Source: Podarcis vaucheri
Lineage: Eukaryota
Assembly (NCBI GenBank): GCA_965113315.1
Contig: OZ220367.1
Direction: 5' to 3' (one strand)
Length of the DNA stretch: 64,000 nucleotides
Both the position numbers and the translations under genes were made by a program. The notes under the pieces are model-generated. The model worked only from the letters and a program-made list of their open reading frames with translations, searched no databases and was not told the origin of the DNA. Shown here piece by piece: positions 1 to 12,000 of this stretch; the first letter of the stretch is position 1, and each line of letters begins with the position of its first letter.

Positions 1-1356
1 AGGGAGGACAAGTGTGCATGTCTTGAAGACTTCCAAGAAGTTCAGGCCATCAGAAGTTTAGATAGTGCACATTTGTTATTAGACATAATTGTAACAGTCC
101 ATTAAAGAATAGTGCAGTGACTTGCTACAGACTGTTATGCATGGTGATAAAAAGAAATAACCCAATAGTCCAATCTTGATCTTGTAAAGGCACTGCACTG
201 AAGAGTAAACTCATAGGACCAAACAGTTCCCTGTGCAACTGCTGGGCTCTAATCTGAATTGCAGCATTTGATCAGGCGAACCAAGTTATTGGTTTTACAT
301 GGCTGAGTGTGGAAAGAATATAGATGGACACAAAGCTCAGTGTCCTTTATACATAAAGACTTGCACCCTGAGAACTAGAAGCCTCACCCTTATGCCCACA
401 TGTCAGTCTTCTGGAAATACTTCTTGTTTTTCTAATATACGGTACTATATGAAAATAAAGGATGTGTGTTGTTGTTTTTGTGGGTTTTTTTTGCAGATTG
501 AGGGTTAGAATGAAAACAGATCTTACATATTTTTTCATATACCACTAGGATCCGTATGCTACACAGACAGATTCTACGCCATGCAGAACAATCATACCTA
601 TGATTGATTGCTAACGTTCCTTCAGCAATTGACCGACAAGCAAAATATTTGGTTGGCAAACCAAGAAACATCATAAACAAAATTGGATTCTCGCTCTCTA
701 TTGAGGCCTCAACAGTCTTTATGGAAATGATAAAACATAGCTCCTTGGTGTAGAAGTGCTGGGTTTCTCCATGCACAAATGTTGTTGGCGATAGCCTAGC
801 ATTAAAGCATGAAGGTTGGACTCTATTGAACACTGGCCTGGAGGGATTCTGTGGCTGTTTTCACAGCAGTTCAGTTGTTTGCAGAACGAGAAAACCAATG
901 AAACGCTGGATTAAGATTTAGATAGTTGATAAATGGTGTATTTTATAAGCCTGACCTCATTTCATTTCCCATTTCATTTGCTGCACAGCCAATCTTACAG
1001 CAGGCTGTCTTCATCCAGCATGTTTTTAAAATCATTACCTTCTGCCTTTTTACCTACTCCCTTCTCAGAAAAAAACATTGTCTTTGAATTTTGAACACAA
1101 GTGAGCCAAAGCACCAATCTGCATAAGTAGCAATGTTACAAGTCAGGATGCAAGGGTGACCTCTGAGGACCAGTCTATACCATCAAACATCCTGAGATGA
1201 TAACCCCCAAATTCCCTGTTTCCATGCTGAAGTGCTCAACGAAATACTAATGTGCTGGGTATCTACAACGCTGGCAACTATTTTACATAGATTTAAAATA
1301 TATATTTATAAAAATAGAGATAGCTCAAATGAAGTTATCCCAACATCTTTCATTAT

Positions 1357-1430
1357 TGGCCATGGTGGCTGGGGATGATGGGATTTATAATTCAACAACA
1401 TCTGATGGATACCACGTTGGATACCCCAGC
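1357..1430. mobile_element. Fragment of a short hAT-like squamate MITE (URR1-like)
   Basis: ggggatgatgggatttataattcaacaacatctg; reverse-complement relatives at 5615-5700 and 60150-60228. Confidence 0.55.
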
Positions 1431-1726
1431 CTTAAATTACTGGAAATCATAGGAATCCAGCATGTTTCAGACGATATATTTCCTTCCCATGTGTACAAGG
1501 TGGACTAAATATGAAGACAATTTTGTTTCATCAGAACAATCTGTGGATTTCTTGTGCATTCCAGCTGAATGCACTGATCTATTTTTAACCAAATAGAGAA
1601 AGGGAGTGTCTTTGACTGCCTTGAGGGTGGTGGTTGGAGACATTCTATATAATTTGTCAGAATATCAACTAGTTGCTATTCTTCCCTCTTTAGATGATAT
1701 ATCTTAACAGATGGTAGCAAATTCCT

Positions 1727-1877
1727 GGATTATCTAGACCCACTTTGGATTTGGATCTTGACCCAGTTTGGGAACTGAAACTGCCTTCTTCACCTGGTTT
1801 GACCACCACAGTCAGAAGACAGGGGAGTGTAACCTTTTTGATTCTCCTGGAACTCTCAGTGGCTTTCAAATACTATT
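1727..1877 (+). mobile_element. Degenerate L2-clade LINE reverse-transcriptase fragment
   Basis: Frameshifted pieces read DYLDP...FGTETA...DRGSV..LILL.LSVAF, typical of L2 RT. Confidence 0.65.
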
Positions 1878-2623
1878 TATTTAGGTAGTTACTCTGAATA
1901 GTTTTTCCTGTCCTAGCATGTCTCAGTGATCCCAGGAAGGCCAGGTGAAAGCAGTGGCACTTACTGGAAAGGTCAGCTCTTCATGTCTAGAAGAGCAGAG
2001 TCACAACTAGTGGGGCAAGCCTAGTTTGAGAGAGCACTATCAAGACGGCTATGCATGAGCACAACAGACAAGACAAAAGACCATCTGTCAGGACCCTGGA
2101 CAAATCACAGTGGCAGGATGTGGCTGGAACTCACCCAATGAGTGCTGTTTGTCTCAGCAACAACCTGAGGTCTCCTGGTGGGACTGAATCTGTCTTTAAC
2201 CCTGCTCTCCCTGAGGCAATTTCTTTTTCTAAAGGAACCACTGCCCAGTTCTGTGACTGCTGGCTCCTACTGGGCAGTGAGAGCTGCAATGGAGGTGTGC
2301 TCTCTGATGTCTGGAAGGTCCTGAAGCAAAGGACACCAGCTCTTTGAGTGACGTCTCCTCCCCTCAAGTTCTCATCTGAGCCAGAAGGAGAATTGTTTGA
2401 GTTTGGCTCATAGGCTGCTGGAATGGTTTTGCATTGCTGTTGAGTTGTCTGAACTGTTTTTAGGATTTATACAATGTTTAAGCACCTTACAATTTTGGTT
2501 GGTTGGGATAGGCGAGTAATTCACAAGCCACTTTTACTCATCCCTACCTCTTTTGCAATGGTGGGCTCCTTCCAGAAAGCAACACTTTCTTTCCCCCAGC
2601 ATAAGCAAGTAAGCAAACAGCAG

Positions 2624-2742
2624 CATAGGAACACAAGCAGCTGCTTTAATACTGAGTCAGGCCATTCATGCATCTAGATCAATACTGCCTACACTGACTC
2701 CAGCAGCTGTCCAGGTTGTTTTACCACTGAGTTATGGCCCTT
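2624..2742 (-). mobile_element. Internally deleted tRNA-derived SINE (Squam2/POM-like)
   Basis: Head (rc agggccataactcagtggtaaa) joined to a 3' part shared with the 6422-6630 copy. Confidence 0.55.
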
Positions 2743-2910
2743 CTCCACAGTCCCACAGGAAACAGCAGTGCTGTTACTTCCAACATGTAGTTCCACAGAA
2801 CTTGTGAATAAGCCAAAACAGTCAGTGAAAAAACATGATATGCCTTGCATGTGTAAGGATTATCACAGAGTGGCAATATTTGAGACTTGTTAACAAAATT
2901 CTTTGGAGTA

Positions 2911-3239
2911 CAGTCGTGCCTCGCAAGACGAAATTAATTCGTTCCGCGATTTTTTTCGTCTTGCTAAGCACGGTGTCGGGAAAGTTTTGGAAAAGCTTCA
3001 AAAATCACCAGTCTTTAATAACCTCATAAAAGGCTACCACACCGCGTTCTATGAGTTGCTCCTCGAAGTCAAGTCGCAACTGTATTAACGGTGTTAAGAA
3101 AAAGGAAACAAACTTGCAAGACGTTTCCATCTTGCGAAGCAAGCCCATAGGGAAAATCATCTTGCGAAGCAGCTCAAAAAACCCTTTCATCTAGCGAGTG
3201 TTTTGTCTTGCGAGGCAGTCGTCTTGAGAGGTACCACTG
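2911..3239. mobile_element. Tc1/mariner (Tigger/pogo-like) MITE
   Basis: TIRs cagtcgtgcctcgcaagac...gtcttgagaggtaccactg flanked by TA on both sides. Same family as 47889-48234. Confidence 0.9.
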
Positions 3240-3489
3240 TATATATTTCCTTCACCCACAGACCCCCCATTTTCTGTCCCAGGGCTTCTCTTGCTCCTCC
3301 TTCCTCACTCCAATGTGCAGTTTCCTTCTATGACTTCAAATCAAACTCACCAATTGAATTGTAGCATACTCTGCTGCACAGTACTGAGAATGAGGTGATG
3401 GAAGGAAATAATAATTATATGGGAGGGAATGTATGTGTGAGTATGCATGCCGGAGGGTGGCAGTCTGGAACTGAACATATCCCATTTGG

Positions 3490-3550
3490 TTCCAGGCTGT
3501 TCAGCTTGTGGCTTTGGGCAAGTCATTTCAACCCTCTCTGACTTAGTTTA
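3490..3550 (+). mobile_element. MIR/CORE-SINE remnant
   Basis: gtggctttgggcaagtcatttcaaccctctctga resembles the CORE consensus. Confidence 0.4.
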
Positions 3551-3994
3551 TGGAAGGTGCTATGTAATTTCTAGGCAGTATAACCCTTTATGACTACAAA
3601 AAAACATCCCTACTCCTATACATATAAACTTCATTGCATGTCCTTTAATCTCCACAAAGCTGTAAAAGCACAGCTCCCCTCCCCCCCGTTCTAAAGCATT
3701 CAATTAAAATATTTTGAAGCATCTGTCGAAGTCTAGTAAAACAACAAAAACCTAGAATCAAGTAGTGATTTCTTAGAAACCCACTGATGACTAGCAATCT
3801 CAAAATCCTAACAAAACTATTCCGTATTCCACTAGGAGAAAATAACTCCTGCAATATTGGGTATACTGAACACCTGCATCCTCACTAAAGAAAGAAGAGG
3901 GAAGCTTGATTGTCAGGTCCAAACTATATGTGATACTGGCAAATTCATGATTGTAAAAGCAGGTCTGCCCATTCACATGGAAAATGAGATGATG

Positions 3995-4110
3995 TTCCTG
4001 TTTAGGGAAATTTTTAATGTTTGATGTTTTATCGTGTTTTTAATATTCTGTTGGGAGCCACCCAGAGTGACTTGGGTGGGGTATAAATAAATAAATAAAT
4101 CATCATCATC
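3995..4110 (+). mobile_element. 3' end of a young L2 LINE with (TAAA)n/(CAT)n tail
   Basis: Near-identical to 25040-25170. Confidence 0.8.
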
Positions 4111-5220
4111 TAGCTGTTTGAAAGAGCAGAGGTAGGAATGCTGGCCCCTTCCCCACCTGTGTTTCATTCCACACATTTTCCAAAGCTGTGACAACTAGTG
4201 ATGGGTGTAAAGAATACACAGTTGCTCCAAGTTATGCTTGAGGGGGAGGAGTCCCTATGTCCTTACCAATGGATGTCAGATGACAGCCATGGAGGTTTTA
4301 CTACCCTCTGCCTCCTGCTAGTGGCTGGCCCTGCCATTCTCTCACATGGCCTGTCCCAGGATGCAAACACGGCTACTAGAAAACGTATGGAAAGAAGAAC
4401 TGCAGAAGGAAGAGAAGGGGGGATGGGAAGGGGGCTTTGGGACATTCTGTCTGTGTAATCCATATGGAATTTCCTTCACTTTTCAATAGACACATCTCCA
4501 GAACCTCAAAAAAATTGGTTTCTCTAACCTAGCCTAAGTGATTACCTCTTTCCGCTTCAATTTCTGATGTGAGAAAAACTACTAGGACTATGAGCAGCAT
4601 CTTGCCATGGTCATATATTCTTCTTAGAATTTAACTCAACAAAATGCAGCTTTGCTTTATTTGAGTGTCTCAGTGGTGTCTTCTGGAGATCAATTGAACA
4701 GTCCTGAACACAAGGGCATTCTATTGATCTCAACGAGGGCACACAATGTTTCTGCTGAGCTGTCTATTACAAGATCCTTTAGGTAAAACAGTTAATGTGG
4801 TGATCGTACAGTAGGTACAATGAAGCAAAGGCTAAGATAAAAAAGGATAAACCCAATATGCCAAAACTTTTGAGGAAGGAATATGTTCTAATGTCCTGTT
4901 GTATCACCAAACTAAAACGGACTTGCCTATTGGTAAAAATCACAATGATTTTCTGTCCCAGTATCATAAGCGTTAAAGATGCAATCCTTGGTCAAGGTCC
5001 AGAGAAGGGTGTGGTGTGTTTCTCCCACTCTGATGCAATGGTTCTTTCCTCATAAAAGCTGTGACCCATATTAAAAGCTGCTTTTTGAACTCAGGAAACC
5101 TTCAAACACCATTTGCAATGCAGCCTGGGTAGTGAAAAATATGAATTGAAACTTCGTTGGATGTGCAGAAGCATTTCCACAAGCAAAACAGGTTTACCCA
5201 ATTGTTGCCAACAGCTGTAA

Positions 5221-5304
5221 AAAGGTAAAGGTAAAGGACCCTTGACAGTTAAGTTCAGTTGCAGATGACTCTGGGGTTGTGGTGCTCATCTCGCTTTACA
5301 GGCC
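5221..5304 (-). mobile_element. 3' fragment of a Sauria SINE
   Basis: (aaaggt)n tail and gactctggggttgtggtgctcatctcgctttacaggcc, reverse complement of the 3' part of the 29213 and 60397 copies. Confidence 0.85.
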
Positions 5305-5614
5305 AAGTGCATGCGCTGTACATAGCGGTGGGAACCCTCCGTCACCGCTACAGCCGCATGTAGAGGATCCTCCCTTCATGGCTGTAGCGGCAACAGAGGG
5401 ATCCCGGCACCGTCCATATGGTGCTGGAGCACTGCTGGTGGCAAATTGCTATGTACAGTGCATGTAGCAATGTCGCACATGCGCCCTAAGTAGCGATGCC
5501 CCGGGTGTCATGATGCCTTTGTTCACCCCGACTACATCCACACCATAAATAATAATAACAACAAACCCACACCATCCTCACTGGGCAAGCACAAAATTAA
5601 TATGAAGAAACTGT

Positions 5615-5700
5615 GGTCAGTCAACTTGGTGCCCTCTAGATGTTGTTGGCGTACAACTCCCATCAGTCCCAGCCAGCATGGCTAATAGTCAGGGATGACC
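5615..5700. mobile_element. Fragment of a hAT-like MITE (URR1-like)
   Basis: ctagatgttgttggcgtacaactcccatcagtcccagccagcatggc; similar to 60150-60228. Confidence 0.6.
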
Positions 5701-6421
5701 ACTATAGCAACAAGGGAAGCAAGGCACACTGGGTCATGAACTCTTGAACTCTAACCCCAGAGTAAATAGTACCATCTATAAGAATCCAACCTGTGATACA
5801 ACATGATAGGGCAAGGGAAAGAGAGAGAAAGCTTTTTCACAGCAAGGAAATTCTGTCTAACCACTATTCTGTTGGAGCTTTCAAGTGGGCACAGATATTG
5901 AAATATTAACAAATTTCAAAGAAGCTTGCTAGGGCTCTATGCAGTATAAAAAGGTTGTTAAGCACAAGGACATGTATACATTTGCCAACAGCTTAGAGCT
6001 TCGGAGCCTGGGAAATAACCTGTTCCTATATTGCACAATTGTCTATAGGTTTCCCCTGAGAGGTTTTTTTTGTACTGGAGAATGATTTACTTCTGGCCAC
6101 CGGGGGAGGCTATGGAGAAGGAACTTTTTTATATGTACTTCTTTATATGTAGTCCATTTAACTAGTCACATCTGAGTACACTGAGGGACTCTAGTCTACA
6201 CTTCCCTTGTATTTGGTCCGTCTCACGGAGCACTATGATTTGGTAAGATTCAGTTGCTGACATTGTTGACTAGCATAGCTTATAGTGCAGACGAAGAACA
6301 CCTTTTCTAGGTCTCGCTCAGCAAGGCAACCAAATAGTAACATGTATTAGTGTGTGTCCTAAAAACAAACGTGCATCACACAGTTCAGCTTTGCATGCCT
6401 GGGAGAGTACGGATTTGCTAC

Positions 6422-6630
6422 AGAATATATGATGCTGCCTTATAGCATGTTGAACCATATGTCCAAGTAGTCCAGTACTCTCTACTCTGACTGGCAATGG
6501 ATCTCCCATGTCTCAGATGGAGGTCTTTCCCATCATCTTTTCCCTGATCCTTCCAAATGGAGATGCCAAGAATTGAGCTTAGGACCTGCCATATGCACAG
6601 CATATGCTGTAGCACTGAACAATGGCCCCT
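6422..6630 (-). mobile_element. tRNA-derived SINE (Squam2/POM-like), diverged, near full length
   Basis: Reverse complement has a tRNA-like head (ggggccattgttcagtgctacagcat...aagctcaattcttggcatctcca) followed by a CR1-like tail. Confidence 0.65.
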
Positions 6631-7105
6631 TCACCCACCTTCCCATTCCATACTATTTGCTTGCACTCATCTTTTGCCTTCCGTTTTCCACCTTGCTCTG
6701 TAAGCCATAGCATTCAACTAGGCAAGGTCAAGCTTGTTTGCATGGATGCAGTTGACTTTTGCTGCCAGCACATACGGAAGATCAGCAGAAGGCCTGGGAC
6801 TCAGGTGTTGTAAGGCTCTTACACAATGTCAGGGCAGGACGGCGATCTATGCAAATGCTAAGTGTTATTGCCATCATCACCACCACAGGGAAGCCGACTG
6901 CAGCACCCAGTGCTAGCTTTGAGACCCAATTAAGATTTGGCAGTATTCGTCCCTCAATGTCAGTATCAGGGTCGAATAGATTCATCCAGCCCTCCCCTGC
7001 ACTCCTCATCTATAGCTGCCTCTGTTCTTTGCTGGTAAACATGCTGATCTTTACAGAGCCACCTTAACAGAATTTTTGGTTGGGCCCAAGTGAAGAGAAT
7101 TGGGG

Positions 7106-7318
7106 NNNNNNNNNNNNNNNNNNNNNNNNNNNNNNNNNNNNNNNNNNNNNNNNNNNNNNNNNNNNNNNNNNNNNNNNNNNNNNNNNNNNNNNNNNNNNNN
7201 NNNNNNNNNNNNNNNNNNNNNNNNNNNNNNNNNNNNNNNNNNNNNNNNNNNNNNNNNNNNNNNNNNNNNNNNNNNNNNNNNNNNNNNNNNNNNNNNNNNN
7301 NNNNNNNNNNNNNNNNNN
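7106..7318. promoter_or_regulatory. Masked block (213 N), candidate deeply conserved intronic element/enhancer
   Basis: Irregular length, unique flanks, paired with the next block across a 109-bp spacer containing TAATTA. Function inferred. Confidence 0.55.
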
Positions 7319-7427
7319 GCACTAATTACAAGACGTTTTCCCAGTGCTTATGTAAAATATGACAGAGCAGCAGCTTAGGGAATTGCAAAAAAACTGCTTC
7401 TAATTTCCACTGAGAAACTGACAAACA

Positions 7428-7671
7428 NNNNNNNNNNNNNNNNNNNNNNNNNNNNNNNNNNNNNNNNNNNNNNNNNNNNNNNNNNNNNNNNNNNNNNNNN
7501 NNNNNNNNNNNNNNNNNNNNNNNNNNNNNNNNNNNNNNNNNNNNNNNNNNNNNNNNNNNNNNNNNNNNNNNNNNNNNNNNNNNNNNNNNNNNNNNNNNNN
7601 NNNNNNNNNNNNNNNNNNNNNNNNNNNNNNNNNNNNNNNNNNNNNNNNNNNNNNNNNNNNNNNNNNNNNNN
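7428..7671. promoter_or_regulatory. Masked block (244 N), candidate deeply conserved intronic element/enhancer
   Basis: Second half of a bipartite masked element about 25 kb downstream of exon 4. Confidence 0.55.
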
Positions 7672-8424
7672 TTCTTTGCAGGCAGGAAAAAGAAATACCC
7701 ACACCAACAAAACAGAAACAAAACAAAAAAACGCAACCAACAGCTTATTATTTGGTGTGTGTTACTTAAATTTAAAAGACTCGAGGCAGTTAACTTCCTG
7801 CGTAGCGTTCTAACTTTGCTGTGAAGTTAAAAGCATTGGGGACATTACCTGAGCAAAGGCAGAAGGAGGAGAACAGGCAAGGGCAGAGAGACTTGGGGGT
7901 TGGGGAAGAAAGGCAATACGGTACTGAAATGCAGTCAGACCTAAACACTGCTTTGTGGTTTGGCAACCAAAGTATCAACTGCACTGAGTAGGTTAGCTGG
8001 CATACAAACAAAGGGGGCTGATCATCCTAGAGGGGGCATTTGAACACTGCAGCAAGGGAACAGGAGGCAGTGGCACAACCGTAGCAACAGGTTTCAGTTC
8101 AGGGAAGTCATGGTAACTGAAAATACCAGAGTCCAGGGCCTTTCCTGTGTATTCACAGTAAGATCAGTACTGAATGGCAGCAGACTGGATGGTTCATGCT
8201 ATTTGGGACAGCAGTGGTGGAGAGAATCAGGCATCCCTCCCACTGCAAGACTTTGGAACCCAACTGAAATGGTTGCAGGGAGTGCGACATTAGATAATCT
8301 AGCAATGAAACGACTGGAAAGAGCAACAGGATACAATGTGACTGACTACAACGAGGAAAATCTGGTTTACAATGTTTCACCAGTTATGATTATTCCGAAC
8401 TAGAACAAATTGGTATCAAGAATC

Positions 8425-8978
8425 TTGGTTGGACTATTGCAATGCACGCTACATGGAGCTACCCTTGAAGATGGCTCCAGAAACCGCAGGTAGTGCAAGA
8501 TACTGCTGTCCGGCTATTATGTGGGGCAGTGAGAAGGGAAAGAGCAAATTCACCAAGTGCAATCCAATGTGTTGCTGATGATGTACCAAGTTCTAGATGA
8601 CTTGGGACCTAGTACTGAAAGGAATGCCTTCCTCAACACCTGCCAGCCTGTAAAGAACAGGAGAGAGTCCCAGCTTGTGTTGCTGTCTATGGGCATGGCC
8701 CATAGGGGAATGACATGGAGCAGGGCCTTCCTGTCTATGGCTCCCCAATCTGTGAAGCTCCGAAATGAAATCTGATTGACTTTGTTAATTAAAAACATAT
8801 TTCTTTAGCAAGGCCTTTGGAACATAACTGAATTGGAAACTAAAAGGGAAAGCTTTATTGCACACTGGTTAATGTTTTAATTATCAATACAGAGTTGGTT
8901 ATTATAATAATTGTTCTACTATGTTTCTTATCTTGTTGTTGTTGTTAGCCGCCCTGGAATCCTGCAGGAAGAAGGGTG

Positions 8979-9028
<50 letters not shown>
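8425..9028 (+). mobile_element. 5'-truncated L2 LINE with (AAT)n tail
   Basis: LDYCNA.Y..LPLK ORF2 remnant, a RAF...AP motif, the 3' UTR gttagccgccctgg, and (AAT)n at about 8983-9027. Confidence 0.75.
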
Positions 9029-9031
<3 letters not shown>

Positions 9032-12000
9032 CTGCTAATGGAAAGAAGGCTGCAACAGAGGCTCATAGATGGGAAGAACTCCAGAATGGTATGGAGGGCA
9101 GCACTATATCTCTCCAGGAATGGACGGCAGACATTCACTTTTTAGGGGTAAAGAAAAAATATTCATAAAGAATCACCATTGCAGTAGTAGCTAAACCTGG
9201 CGTTCCTAATTTCTGCAGCAGGAAACCAGGTTTTGTCCCTTCTTCTTTGTGTCCTATATTGCAGTATGTTTATTTTATCTGATACAATTCAATAAAGGGG
9301 GGCACACTACTGAAAATTGTGCCAGTCCGTATCAGCATACTTACTACACTACGTAACCTGCATTATTTTCATCTGCAGAATGGATCTGCAGAGTAGAACA
9401 CATTTAAATTATGTCTCCAGATTTCAATTCATACATTTACTCAACAAGGGACACATACAAAATGGTTACTACAACAAATAAGAACATATTTGTTTACAAC
9501 TAAGTAGAAGCTTTATATTAATTACACTGCTGAACTTTGCAATGATCCGGTTTGGACTATGAAATTGGCACTCCCAAAGCAAGTAGCATTCCCAACAGGG
9601 CCATGGCCTCCTCCCCCAGTTTTTGAAGACTTGAATTGTAATCAGAGTCAGAAAAGGCCGACTTCTCCCTCTTCCCATTACTTCGTGGCAGCAGAGTGGG
9701 GTGCAGATTTGGTGTGGATCTGAAATTAACCAAGCTATTTCCCTTAAAATACACATTTTAAAAACTCAGTTTGGAAAACTAAGTTCTAAGGCTATCATGA
9801 GATGGCAAGTCAGCTCATCAGTGCTTTAAAGCACACCCAGGACCATAATCCAAAGTCTTTGGTCATGCAGTCTATATGCTTTCTGCACTACAGAATTTAC
9901 ACTGACTTAAAGGGACAGATGTAAAATTCAGGATTGATTTCTGTTTGGTTCTCTCTACATTGATAAGGACACTAAGCAAGATCACTTACTTGAAGACTAT
10001 GTTTCCAGAACTTTCACTTAGCCTGGCTGTTTCTGGACACACTAGCATTTCTCCATCACAGTGATAGTAAAGTGTTTGAGCTGCTTGGTTGATGGGAGTC
10101 AAAATATTCATTATTTGAACAATACTAAAATAGCATATGGTCTTTACAATGCTTTATTTTGGAACTATATTATTCTTTTAAACAGAGAAAAGAAGCTTTA
10201 CTTTAATGGACACAATCCCACCAAAATTAAACACCACTGGTTTCAATAGGAGGGAAAAGAATGTGCTTAAAATATTTCTCTTGAAAACAACATGATTTAT
10301 CTTTGTTGGATCTTTCCCAATGACTAAGCCATGAATTCAGTTTTAAGAGATTATATAACGGCATACTTTAAGGAGCATTTAAAATATTAACACTCTCTTT
10401 CTCTCTCAACTTTCCCCTGTCCTGTCATTGTGAGCTGTTTCTTACTGTATGAGATGGTGCATAGGATCCTAGAAACCAGATTTTCAGAACAAGGGAGAGA
10501 GATGAGAGACATGTTCGGAACCAATTTTTTATATGTCATACAAACTCCCCCTCCCCTGGCCTCTGTCTCGTTACAACAAGTGTATCCCAATATAATGTTT
10601 TGGGATAGGCCTCAATAGCATCTTGCTTGCTTGCTTACAAACTTTTTCCAGGAAGTATAACACATTCTAAGCGACTGAGTGTTTTTGTTACCCTACTCTT
10701 TTATCTGTTAAACTTCAAGGTTGTTGTTAATAGTGATTTTCTTTAAATGTAATTTTGAAGAAGGTACAGATTCTTCTGTTATATCCAATAGGACTGAAAA
10801 TTTAACTTCTGGCTTGCGGAGTATTGCTGGGACTGAGTCTGAGCGCCACTAGCACTCTGCTCTGGGCAAACTACTGACTGAACAATATCAGCTCCCTAAA
10901 GATGGCACTCCCATACTTTAAAATGTTTAGGCCAAAAAAAGGACTCACATTTCTTGAGTTTATTGAATGAATTTGTCTTGCTAACATGTCAGCTGGCAGA
11001 CTCAAAGTGAGAGAGCTAGTTTTTCAAACCACTCAGTCCATTTACTTTTATTTCAGAAACTCAGTTTGCAAGCTACCATTTTCAGTCTACCTCCCTCTAC
11101 CAGCCCAGCTTGTGCAAATTCATTCCAGGAGGTTAATTGATGAAGGACTTGCTCAACCAGTGCTGAATCACCCTTTCCACATTGTGAGCTCACTGAAACA
11201 TCTAAATATCCAGTGCAACTTAGAAGTAAATCACCTGGTAGTGTCAAAACAACCACTGTGAAAAGATGCTAAAGATCTCATTGCTATTTTATTTCAAAAA
11301 GTAAATACAAAAAGTTGCACTGAAGTTAATCTCACTCTCCCTACCGAAAGACTTATTTATTACATGCCCACATGTGGTTTCTAATTATGCAGCAAGAAGT
11401 TTGACAAAAGATGCATCTCAACAAAAGGCTTGTGGAATTATGCTGAAATGAGCAACCACTCTGGTAAACTATAGGGACAGCATGGGTATAACGAGCTAGA
11501 CCTCTGGCAGGTTTTAGCCTTCATTCAAAAAAGTAAGTTTCTAGTCCTCAACCTATTTTTGGAGGGGGCAGCATCCTTTGTATTATGCCCACCACTACTT
11601 CAACCTCTTTGTCAACAATTTCAGCTTTTGCAAAACTCCAATACATTGCCAGGAGATTATTTCTCAAAATAAACTCACTTTACATATATGTAATTTTTGT
11701 GTGATGGCAAACTTTGAATCTTACTCCAGTAGAAAGTAAGTGACTACAATGAGTTCAGCACACAAGATAAGGAAAAGATGAGCACCTTGGTTCAGCACCA
11801 TTTATTCTCCAATACCTTAAATCTGTAGATAGGAATATGTGAAATCAGAACATCTGCTTCCATTATGTAGGTAAAGAAAGCTAAGAGTTAAATAGTGCAT
11901 TTTAAGTTTATTTGCCCTGTTTCTTCTAAACCTTTACAACAACATAATCAAAGATCTATCTGGAAATACAGGAGGATAAGAAACACTTATTTTTTTTATG

